A stretch of 64,000 bases of DNA. Source: the human T2T-CHM13v2.0 reference genome, Homo sapiens. The position numbers and the translations under genes are program-made. Every line of letters starts with the position of its first letter. The stretch's first letter is position 1. Positions 34,015 to 46,754 of this stretch are shown in pieces. The notes under the pieces were generated by a model. That model had not been told where the DNA came from. It saw only the letters and a program-made list of their open reading frames with translations, and ran no database searches. The stretch lies in assembly GCF_009914755.1 (NCBI RefSeq), contig NC_060930.1; one strand, 5' to 3'.

Positions 34015-35038
34015 TTACAATTGGGCATGTTTTTGCAGTGGCTGGTACTGGTTGTTCCTTTCCACGTTTAGTGCTTCCTTCAGGAGCTCTTGTAAGGCAG
34101 GCCTGGTGGTGACAAAAATCTCTCAGCATTTGCTTGTCTGTAAAGGATTTTATTTCTCCTTCACTTATGAAGAAGCTTAGTTTGGCTGGATATGAAATTC
34201 TGGGTTGAAAATTCTTTTCTTTGAGAATGTTGAATATTGGCCCCTGCTCTCTTCTGGCTTGTAGAGTTTCTGGCGAGAGATCCACTGTTTGTCTGATGGG
34301 CTTCCCTTTGTGGGTAACCCGACCTTTCTCTCTGGCTGCCCTTAACATTTTTTCCTTCATTTCAACCTTGATGAATCTGACAGTTATGTGTCTTGGGGTT
34401 GCTCTTCTCAAGGAGTATCTTTGTGGTGTTCTCTGTATTTCCTGAATTTGAATGTTGGCCTGCCTTGCTAGGTTGGGGAAGTTCTCTTGGATAATATCCT
34501 GAAGAGTGTTTTCCAGCTTGGTTCCATTCTCCCCATCACTTTCAGGTACACCAATCAAACGTAGATTTGGTCTTTTCACATAGTCCCATATTTCTTGGAG
34601 GCTTTGTTCATTTCTTTTACTCTTTTTTCTCTAAACTTCTCTTCTCACTTCATTCATTTGATCTTCAATCACTGATACCCTTTCTTCCACTTGATTGAAT
34701 TGGCTACTGAAGCTTGTGCATGTGTCACATAGTTCTTGTGCCATGGTTTTCAGCTCCATCAGGTCATTTAAGTTCTTCTCTACACTGTTTGTTCTAGTGA
34801 GCCATTCATCTAATCTTTTTTCAAGGTTTCTGGCTTCCTTGCAATGGGTTTGAACATCCTCCTTCAGCTCAGAGAAGTTTGATATTGCCAATCTTCTGAA
34901 GCCTACTTCTGTCAACTCCTCAAAGTCATTCTCCGTCCAGCTTTGTTCTGTTGCTGGCAAGGAGCTGTGATCCTTTGGAGGAGAAAAGGTGCTCTGGTTT
35001 TTAGAATTTTCAGCTTTTCTGCTCTGGTTTCTCCCCAT
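34015..35038 (-). pseudogene. L1 ORF1 (RNA-binding protein), disrupted
   Basis: MGRNQSRKAENSKNQS... and KRPNLRLIGVPE... lie in separate frames. Confidence 0.92.
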
Positions 35039-36128
35039 CTTTGTGGTTTTATCTACCTTTGGCCTTTGATGATGGTGACCTACAGATGGGGTTTTGGTGT
35101 GGATGTCCTTTTTGTTAATGTTGATACTATTCCTTTCTGTTTGTTAGTTTTCCTTCTAACAGTCAGGTCTCTCAGCTGCAGGTCTGCTGGAGTTTGCTGG
35201 AGGTCTACTCCAGACCCTGTTTGCCTGGGTGTCACCAGCAGAGGCTGCAGAAGAGCAAATATTCCTGGCTGATCCTTCCTCTGGAAGCTTCGTCTCAGAG
35301 GGGCACCTGGCTAAATGAGGTGTTAGTTGGCCCCTACTGGGAGGTGTCTCCCAGTTAGGCTACACGGGGGTCAGGGACCCACTTGAGGAGGCAGTGTGTC
35401 TGTTCTCAAAGCTCAAACACTGTGCTGGGAGAACCACTGCTCTCTTCAGAGCTGTCAGACAGGGACGTTTAAGTCTGCAGATGTTTCTGCTGCCTTTTGT
35501 TCAGCTATGCCCTGCCCCCAAAGGTGGAGTCTACAGAGGCAGGCAGGCAGGCCTCATTGAGCTGCGGGTGGGCTCCACCCAGTTCTAGCTTCCTGGACAC
35601 TTTGCTTACCTACTCAAGCCTCAGCAATAGCGGACACCCCTCCCCCAGCCAGGCTGCCACCTCACAGTTCGATCTCAGACTGCTGCGCTAGCAGTGAACA
35701 AGGCTCTGTGGGCGTGGGACCCGCTGAGCCAGGAGCAGGATATGATCTCCTGGTGTGCCGTTTGCTAAGACCATTGGAAAAGCACAGTATTTGGGTGGCA
35801 ATGTCCCGATTTTCCAGGTACAGTCTGTCACAGCTTCCCTTGGCTAGGAAAGGCAAATCCCCCAACCCCTTGCACTTCCCGGGTGAGGCAACACCCCGCC
35901 CTGCTTCAGCTTGCCCTCCATGGGCTGCACCCACTGTCCAACCAGTCCCAGTGAGATGAACCAGGTACCTCGGTTGGAAATGCAGAAATCACCTGTCTTC
36001 TGCATCGATCACACTGGGAGCTGCAGACTACAGCTGTTCCTATTTGGCCATCTTGGAGCGGACCATTATTCCAACTATTTACCTACCTTAACTCACGGCA
36101 TCCTCTCAACATTATAAGGTAAGCTCTA

Positions 36129-38495
36129 TCTATTAGTGCATTCTCACATTGCTATAAAAATCTGCCCAAGATGGGGTAATTTTTAAAGTAAAGATGTTTA
36201 ACTGACTCACAGTTCCACATGGCTGGGAGGCCTCAGGAAACTTACAATCATGGCAGAAGGGGAAGAGGCATGGCTTATGTGGCATGAGAAAATGAGAGCA
36301 AGAGCAGGGAAAATTCCCTTATAAAACCATCAGATATCATGGGAACTCACTCACTATCACAAGAACAGCATGGGGAAAACCATCCCCATGATCCAATCAC
36401 CCCACACCAGGTCTCTCCCTCAACACGTGGGGATTGTGAGGATTATGGAGATTACAATTCAAGATGAGATTTGGGTGGGAACACAAAGTCTAACCATATC
36501 ATTCTGCCCCTGACACCCCCAAATCTCATGTCCTCACATTTCAAAACCAATCAGCCCTTCCCAACAGTTCCCCAAAGCCTTCTCATTTCAGCATTAACTC
36601 AAAAGTCCAAGTCCAAAGTCTCTTCTGAGACAAGGCAACTCCCTTCCTCCTAAGAGCCTGTAAAATCAAAACCAAGTTAGCTACTTCCCAGATACAATGA
36701 GGGTACAAGCATTAGATAAATGCTCCCATTCCAAATGGGAGAAATTGGTCAAAACAAAAGGGCTACAGGCTCCATGCAAGTCCAAAATCCAAGGGGACAG
36801 TCATTAAATCTTAAAGCTCCAACATAATCTCCTTTTATTCCATGTCTCACATCAGGGTATGCTGATGCAAGAAGTGGGCTCCCACGGTCTTGGGCAGCTC
36901 TGCCTCTGTGGCTTTGCAGGGTACGGCCTCCCTCTTGGCTGCTTTCATGGGCTGGCATTGAGTGTTGGTGGCTTTTCCAGGTGCACAGTGCAAGCTGTCA
37001 GTGGATCTAGCATTCTGGGATCTGGAGGACAGTGGCCCTCTTCTCACAGCTCCATTAGGCAGTGCCCCAGTGGGGACTCTGTGTGGGGGCTCCAACCCCA
37101 CATTTTCCTCCTGGACTACGCTAGCAGAGGTTCTCCATGAGAGCTCCACCCCTGCAGGAGACTTCTGCCTGGACATTCAGGCATTTCCATACATCCTTTG
37201 AAGTCTAGGCAGAGGTTCCCAAACCTTGATTCTTGACTTCTGTGCACCCTCAGACCCAACACTATATGGAAGCCTCCAAGGCTTACAGCTTGCAGTCTCT
37301 GAAGCAATGGCTTGAGCTGTATGTTGGCCCCTTTTAGCTATGGCTGGGACACAGGGTGCCAAGTCCTGAGGCTACACAGAGCAGCATCAGGGCTGTAAGC
37401 CAGGCCCATGAAACCATTTCTTCCCACTAGGCCTCCAGGTCTGTTATGGGAGGGGCTGCCAAGAAGGTCTCTAACATGCCCTGAAATGTTTTCCCCATCA
37501 TCTTGGCTATTAATATGTGGCTCCTCATTACTCATGCAAATTTCTGCAGCTGGCTTGAATTCCTCCTTAAGAAAATAGGTTTTTCTTTTCTACTACAAGG
37601 TCGGGATGCATATTTTCCAAACTTCTATGCTCTGCTTCCCTTTTAAATCCAAATTCCAATTTCAAACCATCTCTTTGTGAATGCATAAGATTGAATGCTT
37701 TCAAAATCAACCAGGTCACCTCTTGAATGCTTTGCTGCTTAGAAATTTCTTTTGCCAGTTACCCTAAATAATCTCTCTCAAGTTCAAAGTTGCACAGATC
37801 TCTAGGGCAGGGGCAAAATGCCACCAGTCTCTTTGCTAAAGCATAGCAAATGTGACCTTTGCTCCAGTTCCCAAGACTTTCCTTATCTTCATCTGAGACC
37901 ACCTCAGCCTGTACTTCATTGTCCACATCATTAACTGCATTTTGGTCAAAACCATTCAACAAGTCTCTAGAAAGTTCCAAACTTTCCCACAACTTCCTGT
38001 CCTCTTCTGGGCCCTCCAATCTGTTCCAACCTCTGCCTGTTACCCAGTTCCAAAGTTGCTTCCTCATTTTTAAGTATCTTTATAGCAATACCCCACTACC
38101 TTGGTATCAATTAACTGTGTTAGTCAGTTTTCACTTTGCTATAAAGAAATACCTCAGATGGGTAATTTATAAAGGAAAGAGATGTAATTGACTCACAGTT
38201 CTGCACGGCTAGGGAGGCATCAGGAAACTTACAATCATGGTGGAAAGCAAAGAGGAAGCAAGCTTGGACCTTCTCACATGGAAGCAGGGGAAGAGTGAGG
38301 AGTGAAGGGGAAAGAGCCTCTTATGAAACCATCAGATCTTGTGAGAACTCACTCACTATCATGAGAACAGCATGGGGAAAACTGGCCCCATGATCTAATT
38401 GCCTCCCACCAGGTCTCTCCCTAGACATGTAGGGATTATGGGGATTACAATTTCAAGATGAGATTTGGGTGGGGACACAAAGCCTAATTATGTCA
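36129..38495 (-). mobile_element. Complete MSTA-type MaLR provirus (LTR 36129-36501, internal 36502-38115, LTR 38116-38495)
   Basis: Two LTRs flank MST-int (remnant ORF 37759..38067); perfect TSD ctcta at 36124-36128 and 38496-38500. Confidence 0.93.
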
Positions 38496-38620
38496 CTCTA
38501 TTACTAGTCCCATTTTTCAAATAAAAAACTGAGACACATGGAGGTTTGATAACTGTGTGACATACTTAGAAGGTGGCTCCAAAGCCAAGGTTTTTATCCT
38601 TCGTGCTGCGTAGCTTCTGA
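38496..38620 (-). mobile_element. MIR (distal piece of a MIR split by the L1 and the MSTA)
   Basis: cccatttttcaaataaaaaactgagacaca core; other pieces at ~29855-29905 and 36067-36128. Confidence 0.65.
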
Positions 38621-39334
38621 TCATGAGGGAGAGGATAAATTGAGTAAGCAGGGTCCAACAGTGCACAAGACAGGTCTGGACTAAGATCCTTCGAAGCTGG
38701 AGAAGTGGAGGGGAGGAAAGGTGCAGATGCGAAAAATGGCAGAAGGGGGAAAGGGTGAATGGGAGGGAAGCCATTCACAATTTAGAGCCTCGGCTTTTTG
38801 AATGAAGTAGGAGAGTAGTTATTTTTCATGAAAGCAAGTAAGGGTGCTTACTTTGAGTTTAACTCAAAATATTTATGTGTCTGGTGAGTTTTGAGGGAAA
38901 TTGAGACCACCTAAGGGAACAAGAGATTCACATTGCCCAGAACGTACTCATTCCAGGACAATACACCCACTGTGTGACATGCTAGGGGCAACCTCCTGTG
39001 CTAATTATTGTTCTTTTATTTCCCCTTGAAATCGACTGCTGAACTCAACTAAGTGAAATATGTCCATAACACAATGCTGCCAGAAGGTCTTTGATACCAG
39101 CAACCAGGGCTTGCTCGGCTTTCCTGCCCAAATCCCTTCTCAGAGCATTTTTATCGCTCATATGTTATTCTCTTTTCTTCTGTCTGAGGAGAGAAAGATT
39201 CTTCTACACTCTTTTAAGGCTGTCTCTTCTCTATGTTTATGTCTCTATTATTACATTATAGGCTTATTCTAGGGAATAAATATCTTATTCCTGCCTTGCA
39301 AAGAATAAGCACATGATATTTATACACATCTCTG

Positions 39335-39640
<306 letters not shown>

Positions 39641-40307
39641 AAAAACCTTAGGGAACTGTATCTGTTACTCTTTTATTACCAATAATATCTTCAGGCAAAA
39701 TCTGCTGACAAACATTTATAAATTAAATGTAAAAATAAAATCTTAAATCAGCTTTAAAATAAGTCAGTACATGATATGTAACAACTCTAAATCAGCTTTA
39801 ACAGTTTGTAATATGTAACAACTTAAAATCTAGACACCTACAGACTATCAGATAATGTCTAGGAAATCACCTCAATTACGTACTTTCTCTAAGTTTTCTA
39901 TATATCACACAATTAAATTACAATAAATTTCAGAAAACAATGAATCCACTCAATACAGGAAACCACAATAAGCAAAAGTGCAGGACACAGGGAAACCAAT
40001 AACTGCAACATGTATGTGCTTAATGGAAAAAGATCCATTCAGGCATATATTTAGATGCCAAACAGCTTCTCCTAGCACTTTCCTCACACTAATTCTACTT
40101 TATTGCTTTGAATCCTTTTGGTAAACAACACCCACCATGCATGAGGCACACACATACAATCAAATAACAACTAAGGACAATCATTTACTCCTGTTTTTTT
40201 CACAAATGATATCTTATTGGATGCCCTTTAAACCAATATGTTTCAAATGTTTTTACCAAACCAACACTAAGAAAAACATTTCATGTTGCAACCAAGTTCA
40301 AACATAT

Positions 40308-40681
40308 TGTATTAGTCCTCTTTCATGCTGCTGATAAAGACATATCATAACTATGATAGATAAGACTGGGAAGAAAGAGAGGTTTAATGGACTTACAGTT
40401 CCACATTGCTGGAGAGGCCTCACAATCATGGTAGAAAACGAGGAGGAGCAAGTCATGTCTTACATGAATGGTGGCAGGCAAGAGAGAGCTTGTGCAGGGG
40501 AACTCTCATTTTTAAAACCATCAGATCTCATGAGACTCATTCACTATCATGAGAATAGTGCAGGAAAGACCCTCCCCCATAATTTAATCACCTCCCACTG
40601 GGTTACTCCCACGACATGTGGGAATTGTGGGAGTTACAATTCAAGATGAAATTTGGGTGGGGACACAGCCAAACCATATCA
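40308..40681 (-). mobile_element. THE1B-type solo LTR
   Basis: tgtattagtc ... aaaccatatca; perfect TSD catat. Confidence 0.93.
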
Positions 40682-41079
40682 CATATATTCATGAATTACA
40701 GTTTAATCTAACAATATTTACCTTACCACTCATGATGCACTGTGAGATTTATTTTTATTTTTACTGGTTTCATTTTACCAAATTAAAACTTAAGAGTTTG
40801 AAAAATACTGCTCCAATTACTTTACTCAGATACTATTTTTAATGACATGATCCTAGGTTGCTATTCAGAAAAATAAATATTTGTCCTAAGATCAGAAAAG
40901 AAGGTAAGTGATCCTGACAGATAGTATATATGTCCTTCATTCAATATGGCAAGGAAAAGAGCACATGGCAAGGAAAAGACTACCACCAAAGAAGGAGCAA
41001 TCAGTCAATCAATCAATCAATCAATCAACCAAGGCAGATAGAACATTTTTGCTGATATTCAATAAGGGTCCTTTAGAAT

Positions 41080-41310
41080 TATGTGAGGCAGTGTGATACA
41101 AAGAATAGAGCACTGAATTTAAAATGTGGATACTTAGTTCAAGCCCCAGTTCTACCACTTTGGGCAAGACATTTTGTAGAGATCTAATTTTTCTCATCCA
41201 TAATGAACATGGGGCAGGGACTCTATCTCCTGTCTAGCACTCTACTCCCAGAGCCTAAACAGTGCTTGACATCTAATAGATGTTGTTAAACAAATGAATG
41301 GATGAATATA
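41080..41310 (+). mobile_element. MIR and L2 3' fragments
   Basis: gttcaagccccagttctaccact; cctaaacagtgcttgacat...aaatgaatg. Confidence 0.6.
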
Positions 41311-41873
41311 TATCTTGTTCATATGGTTGCAAACAGGATGTCAAACAAATGCTTGATTTTTAAAAATTCAGTCTGAAATAATTGGGGACTCAATATGCTG
41401 GCAGCTTCACACTATGCTGATTAAGCACTTTTCTCTTTCCACAACTACTAAACCAAAAAAAGAAAAAAAAATGTGGGGGAGGGGGTTGTGGAGGGACTGA
41501 TTTTCTGTATTTTTCCTTTTCCAACAACTAGTTCTTATGAAAAGAAATTCTATCAACAATGTGTTTAAATTCTCCACATCCAGGATATATGCAACATTGG
41601 TGCCCTCTTAGAACAAAAATGTAAAAAATTGAACTACTCCTTGTTTCAACATTTAAGCCATTTAATTCTTTCTTGGTATCATGAACTGAGAAGACTGAAG
41701 GGGGTCACAGAAAAAAATTATACTCACAATACTATATTTTTTCAGGTTAGCACCAATACTTGTAAATGCTTTGATAAACAAGGATGAAATTATTTATTTT
41801 AACTGATGCTCAACCATATTGGGTCATCCTTATCAGCTACAACCACACATTGCCAAAATCAATCAATCAATCA

Positions 41874-42160
<287 letters not shown>

Positions 42161-43024
42161 TAATTAGTCATTAATTCTTGAGTAGTTCATTCAAGTATAA
42201 CATCTTGCTACCACCTATGAGGGATACAAAAGGTCCCAGTGCTTGCCATCTTAACATGATTTATCATGAAACTATTCAATAACTGTGCAAAATACTATTT
42301 GATTAAATATGATGGACAGTACAGACAATAAGTCCCTACAGGACTTATTTGGATAAAAAGGAAAATACTACCTTCATAAAGAAACTTACCACCTAAAAGT
42401 TTAGGCTTCGGGGATGGCAAATACATGGAAAATGATCAGCTGTCTTCCTCATCCTCTAGTAACTATGTCAGGCCAGTTACTGATCACGGTATTCTTGCCC
42501 AGTGAACATAGTTATAACCTCGAGATCCTTATCAGCACATCCTTCTAGGCAGCTACAATAAAATATGATGAAACTTATTTGTCATCTCTGGGCTCAGCCT
42601 CTTTAAGAAGCTGCAGGAAAGTCTTTGATTATATTAATTATCACATGAATCCTGTCAAAGTACATACCAAGAAGAACACCATCAACTTCAAAATCCATCA
42701 GGAAAGGGATATTCATTTCTCTATATGGTCTAACAAATGATACTATTTAACTCTAGGTCTTAACTTACTTATGTCAAATGACAATTGTACCTATAAATCC
42801 AATAAAGTGCTTTATAATTATAAAGTCTCATTCTATAACATACCACATGCATGAAATTATAAAATATATGCTCACTTAACAAACAATACAAAAGTATATA
42901 AAGTAAAAACTGAAAGTTTACCAGCCCCTACAACAGTCCATTCTTCAGAGTTAGCCAAGATTAAGTTTAGTATACATCTTTCCAAACTTACTTTTTACTT
43001 ATGCAAGAAAAACAATGTGTGTGT

Positions 43025-43496
43025 CGTATGTTTATTGCAGCACAATTTACAATAGCAAAGACATAGAACCAACCCAAATGACCATTAATGATGGACTGGA
43101 TAAAGAAAATGTGGTACATATATACCATAGAATACTATGCAGCCATAAAAAGGAATGATATCATGTCCCTTGCAGGGGCATGGATGAAGCTGGAAGCCAT
43201 TATCCTCAGCAAACTAACACAGGAGCAGAAAACCAAAAACTGCACGTTCTCACTTGTAAGTGGGAGCTGAACAATAAGAACACATGGACAGAGAGAGGGC
43301 AACAACACACACTGTGGCCTGTCAGGGGTCGGAGGCGAGGGGAGGGAGAGCATTAAGACAAATACCTAATGCATGCAGGGCTTAAAACCTAGATGACGGG
43401 TTGATAGTGCAGCAAACCATGGCACACATATACCTATGTAACAAACCTGCACGTTGTACCCATGTATCCCGGAGCATAAAAGAAAAAGAAAAACTA

Positions 43497-43500
<4 letters not shown>
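43025..43500 (+). mobile_element. 5'-truncated L1PA (PA8-PA11-like) 3' end
   Basis: WIKKMWYIYTIEYYAAIKRN frame; gcttaaaacctagatgacgggttgatag 3' UTR. Confidence 0.9.

Positions 43501-43503
<3 letters not shown>

Positions 43504-43551
<48 letters not shown>
43504..43551. repeat. (GT)24 microsatellite
   Basis: Perfect dinucleotide run. Confidence 0.97.
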
Positions 43552-43552
<1 letters not shown>

Positions 43553-44894
43553 CATGTGTAAGGTGTACTAGAGCTATTTTCCTTACAAAAGTATTTCTAG
43601 CAAAATTATTTCTTTCCTAAACTTTAAATTTGTAAAGGAAATGCAACATATAAATAATAGAAATTTAATGCCATTTTATTCTGTACTTAACACAGGTCAG
43701 TGTTTGGACATGTACAAATTAAAACACGAGGAAAATGCATTAACCCAGCACCTTTTCAACATGAATTGTCATAATAAAGGATTCCATCCAAGTGTTATTG
43801 AAGCTCAAAAAAATAGAACTTTCTATTGAAAAACACCCTTTACATATAGTAGTGCCATATATTTTGAAAAAGAAATGTCTAATGAGCACGGAGAGGCATA
43901 TCCACAGATATTCATATCCACAGATATTCATGAAAACACACTTACCCAGAAACACAGTGTGTTCGACAGAGAAGAAAGCTTACCGAGTGCTTAGTTCAAC
44001 ACTTTCATTTTACATATAAGGAAGCAGACTCAAAGGTCACAAAGCCAAGAACAGAAGCAGCACCAGAACCACAACCCACCATGACTTGCTGTGCTTGTTA
44101 TACAAAACCACACTGGCATTCTTTAACATGATGAATTTTATTATACAGATGAGGCTTATGGTTTAAATGGAGGTTCTTATCTGTGTTAAATTGCTTTTGT
44201 CCCCAAATCTAGCTTCTTGTTGCCCTGGGTGCCTCTATCGTAGGACCCCCAACTACCCTCAAGCCTGTGATTCTTTCTCCTCCCTCCAGTCTCATCTCAA
44301 CAGTCTCTTCCATTGATGGCCCTTGTGCTGGTCCATCTCTGCTCTGCCCCAACCCTGACCTTCACTTTCATCCTTAGCAAAGTTTTGGGTCTTAGTGAAG
44401 GGAAACATGTATGTGCTCATCTCCAGATCTGGAGCCACAGTTGTCAGAGATATAAATCATAACTACAGGTGCCTTTAGGAAAGTGAAAGCTACATTTACA
44501 TTATTAACGATAACAAGTCCTGGAAGAAAGAACCTCATCCCCATGAACGATACACAGCCACTGTCTTTCTTTGGGTACTACATTCACACACACAGAGAGA
44601 TTCATGTTCCACCTACATGACAGCCCTGTGATTTGGGCTAAAATTTAACCTTCAAAAGCTCATAAAATAGTAGTGCTCTTACTTTTGAAAGCAGATCCAC
44701 CCTTTTCATAATGATATATCAGAAGTTCAACATATAAGACAGAAGTACCACAGAGAAGTTCAACATGGTAAAAGATGACTCACTTTTCTTTCCCCTCATC
44801 CCTTTCTCCATCCCACCCCCACCTCTGAAGAAATCTAGACCTCCAAGGGATCAGTTTGAGAACCGCTGCTTTATATCTTTTAACACATTCGCTT

Positions 44895-45930
44895 TTTTAA
44901 AAAAGCCTATTTTTCAAAGCTGTTTTATGTTCACAGCAAAATTGAGGAGGAAAGAGACATCTTACATGTCCCATCCCCCACACACGCACAGCCTCCCCTA
45001 TTACCGGCATCCCCACCAGGATGGCGCATTTGTTCCAACTGTTCAATCCACACTGACACACCATTATCACCCAGCGTCCATGGTTCACATTCGGGCTCAC
45101 CTTGACGTTATACATTCTATGTGTTTGGACAAATTTATAACAGCATATATCTACTAATATAGTGCCATACAGAGTAGTGTCACTGCTCTAAACAAAACTC
45201 CTCTGTGCTCCGTCTATTTAACCCTCTTTCACCCCTAGCCCTTGACAGCCACTGATCTTTTTATTGCCTCCATAGTTCTGCCTTCTCTAGAATGTCATAC
45301 AGTAGGTAGCCCTTTCAGGTTGGCTTCTTTCACTTAGTAATATGCATTTAAGATTCCTCCATGTCCTTTCATGGCTTGATAGCTCTTTGTTTTTGTTTTT
45401 GTTTTTTTAAATTTAGACAGGTTATCGCTGCTGCCCAGGCCAGAGTGCAGTGGCACAATCACTACTCACTGTAGCCATGACCTCTTGGGCTCAAGTAATC
45501 CTCCCACATTAGCCTCTCAGGTAGGTGGGATTACAGGTGTGTGCCACCATGCTAAGCTAATTTTTTTTAATTTTATTTATGCTGCCCAGGTGTTGCCCAG
45601 GCTGCTCTCAAACTCCCAGGCTCAAGCAATCCTCCTGCCTCAGCCTCCCAAAGTGCTGAGCCACTATGCCTGACTCTCATTTCTTTTTAGTGCTAAATAA
45701 TGTCCCATTGGCTGGATGAACCACAGTTTGTTAATCCATTCACCTACTGAAGGATATATTGGTTGCTTTCAAGTTTTGGAAATTATGAATAAAGCTGCTG
45801 TTAACATCCTCATACTGGTCTTGGTGTAGACTTCAGTTTTCAACTCCTTTGGGTAAATACCAAGTAGTGCAATCACTGGATTATATGGTTAAGAGTATGT
45901 ATAGTTTTATAAAAAACTGCCAAAGTTCCT
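44895..45930 (-). mobile_element. L1MC 3' end, interrupted by an AluJ
   Basis: ttcacagcaaaattgag..., atccattcacctactgaagga motifs. Confidence 0.82.
45385..45672 (-). mobile_element. AluJ, partly deleted
   Basis: Alu arms with small deletions. Confidence 0.88.
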
Positions 45931-46754
45931 TGCAAAGACACATTCACTTTTACTAAAGAGAAGACCTATATAAAGACAAGGCACATGGTACTTTGCACAT
46001 TGCAAATCGTTAATAACCAGCAGTATTCTATTTATCCTTGCTTGATAGAAATGTAATGCTTTTACTTCTCCTAAACAAGTTGTTTATAAATATGTTGCTC
46101 TGTATTGAATAATATATTAAAAATCACCTTTCTTCTCACCAGAGGCACCCTACATGTATACCTGGCCAAGGGCTGGCCCATCAGTGGCAGGAGGAAGCAT
46201 GTGCCAGCACCCGTGCCACTGTGGCATGCTGCATACTGCATACAGTGCTCCAGAGAATCGTACCCTTCCCTGCACTGGTGCCATTTCCCAATGTACTCGA
46301 AAGATTCCAAACCCACAAGCTGATAAAAGATGCTACATTCCCTTCAATCTTTCTCTGAAAATGCCACACCCATTAGCTTCATCAGCTCATGTCTCTAGCT
46401 CCTCTCCCTAAAAGCCCAGTCTAAGTAGCTGTGCCCGAAGAGAAAAGGTTGTTGGAGAAAGTGGCAAATGCCATCCCATGCCTTCCACACCACCACGCCT
46501 CACCATTTTTTTTTTTTTTTTTTTTACCTCTACATGCTTCCTCTCTTCTTTCAGCCCAAAGCCCTCAGGTTCATGGACTCATGCAAATTAATGTCTGAAG
46601 GAACTTATTATTACTATTGCAGTTTTAACTTTAGCCAGATCTCAAACCAAGATTAGGCTGAGCCAATGAATACTTGACCATCTCTAATAAGATTGACTCC
46701 AAATTTATACACCTATACTAAAGCTAAAATTGGTGTCATTTCCAAAATATCATT

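Noticed and set aside
37759-38067. 102-aa acidic ORF
   Set aside because: A remnant of the MaLR internal ORF, broken downstream.
46162-46355. Possible minus-strand coding exons here and at ~17302-17357, ~39040-39184 and ~42668-42729
   Set aside because: Splice signals are only partly convincing and the translations match no protein I recognise.
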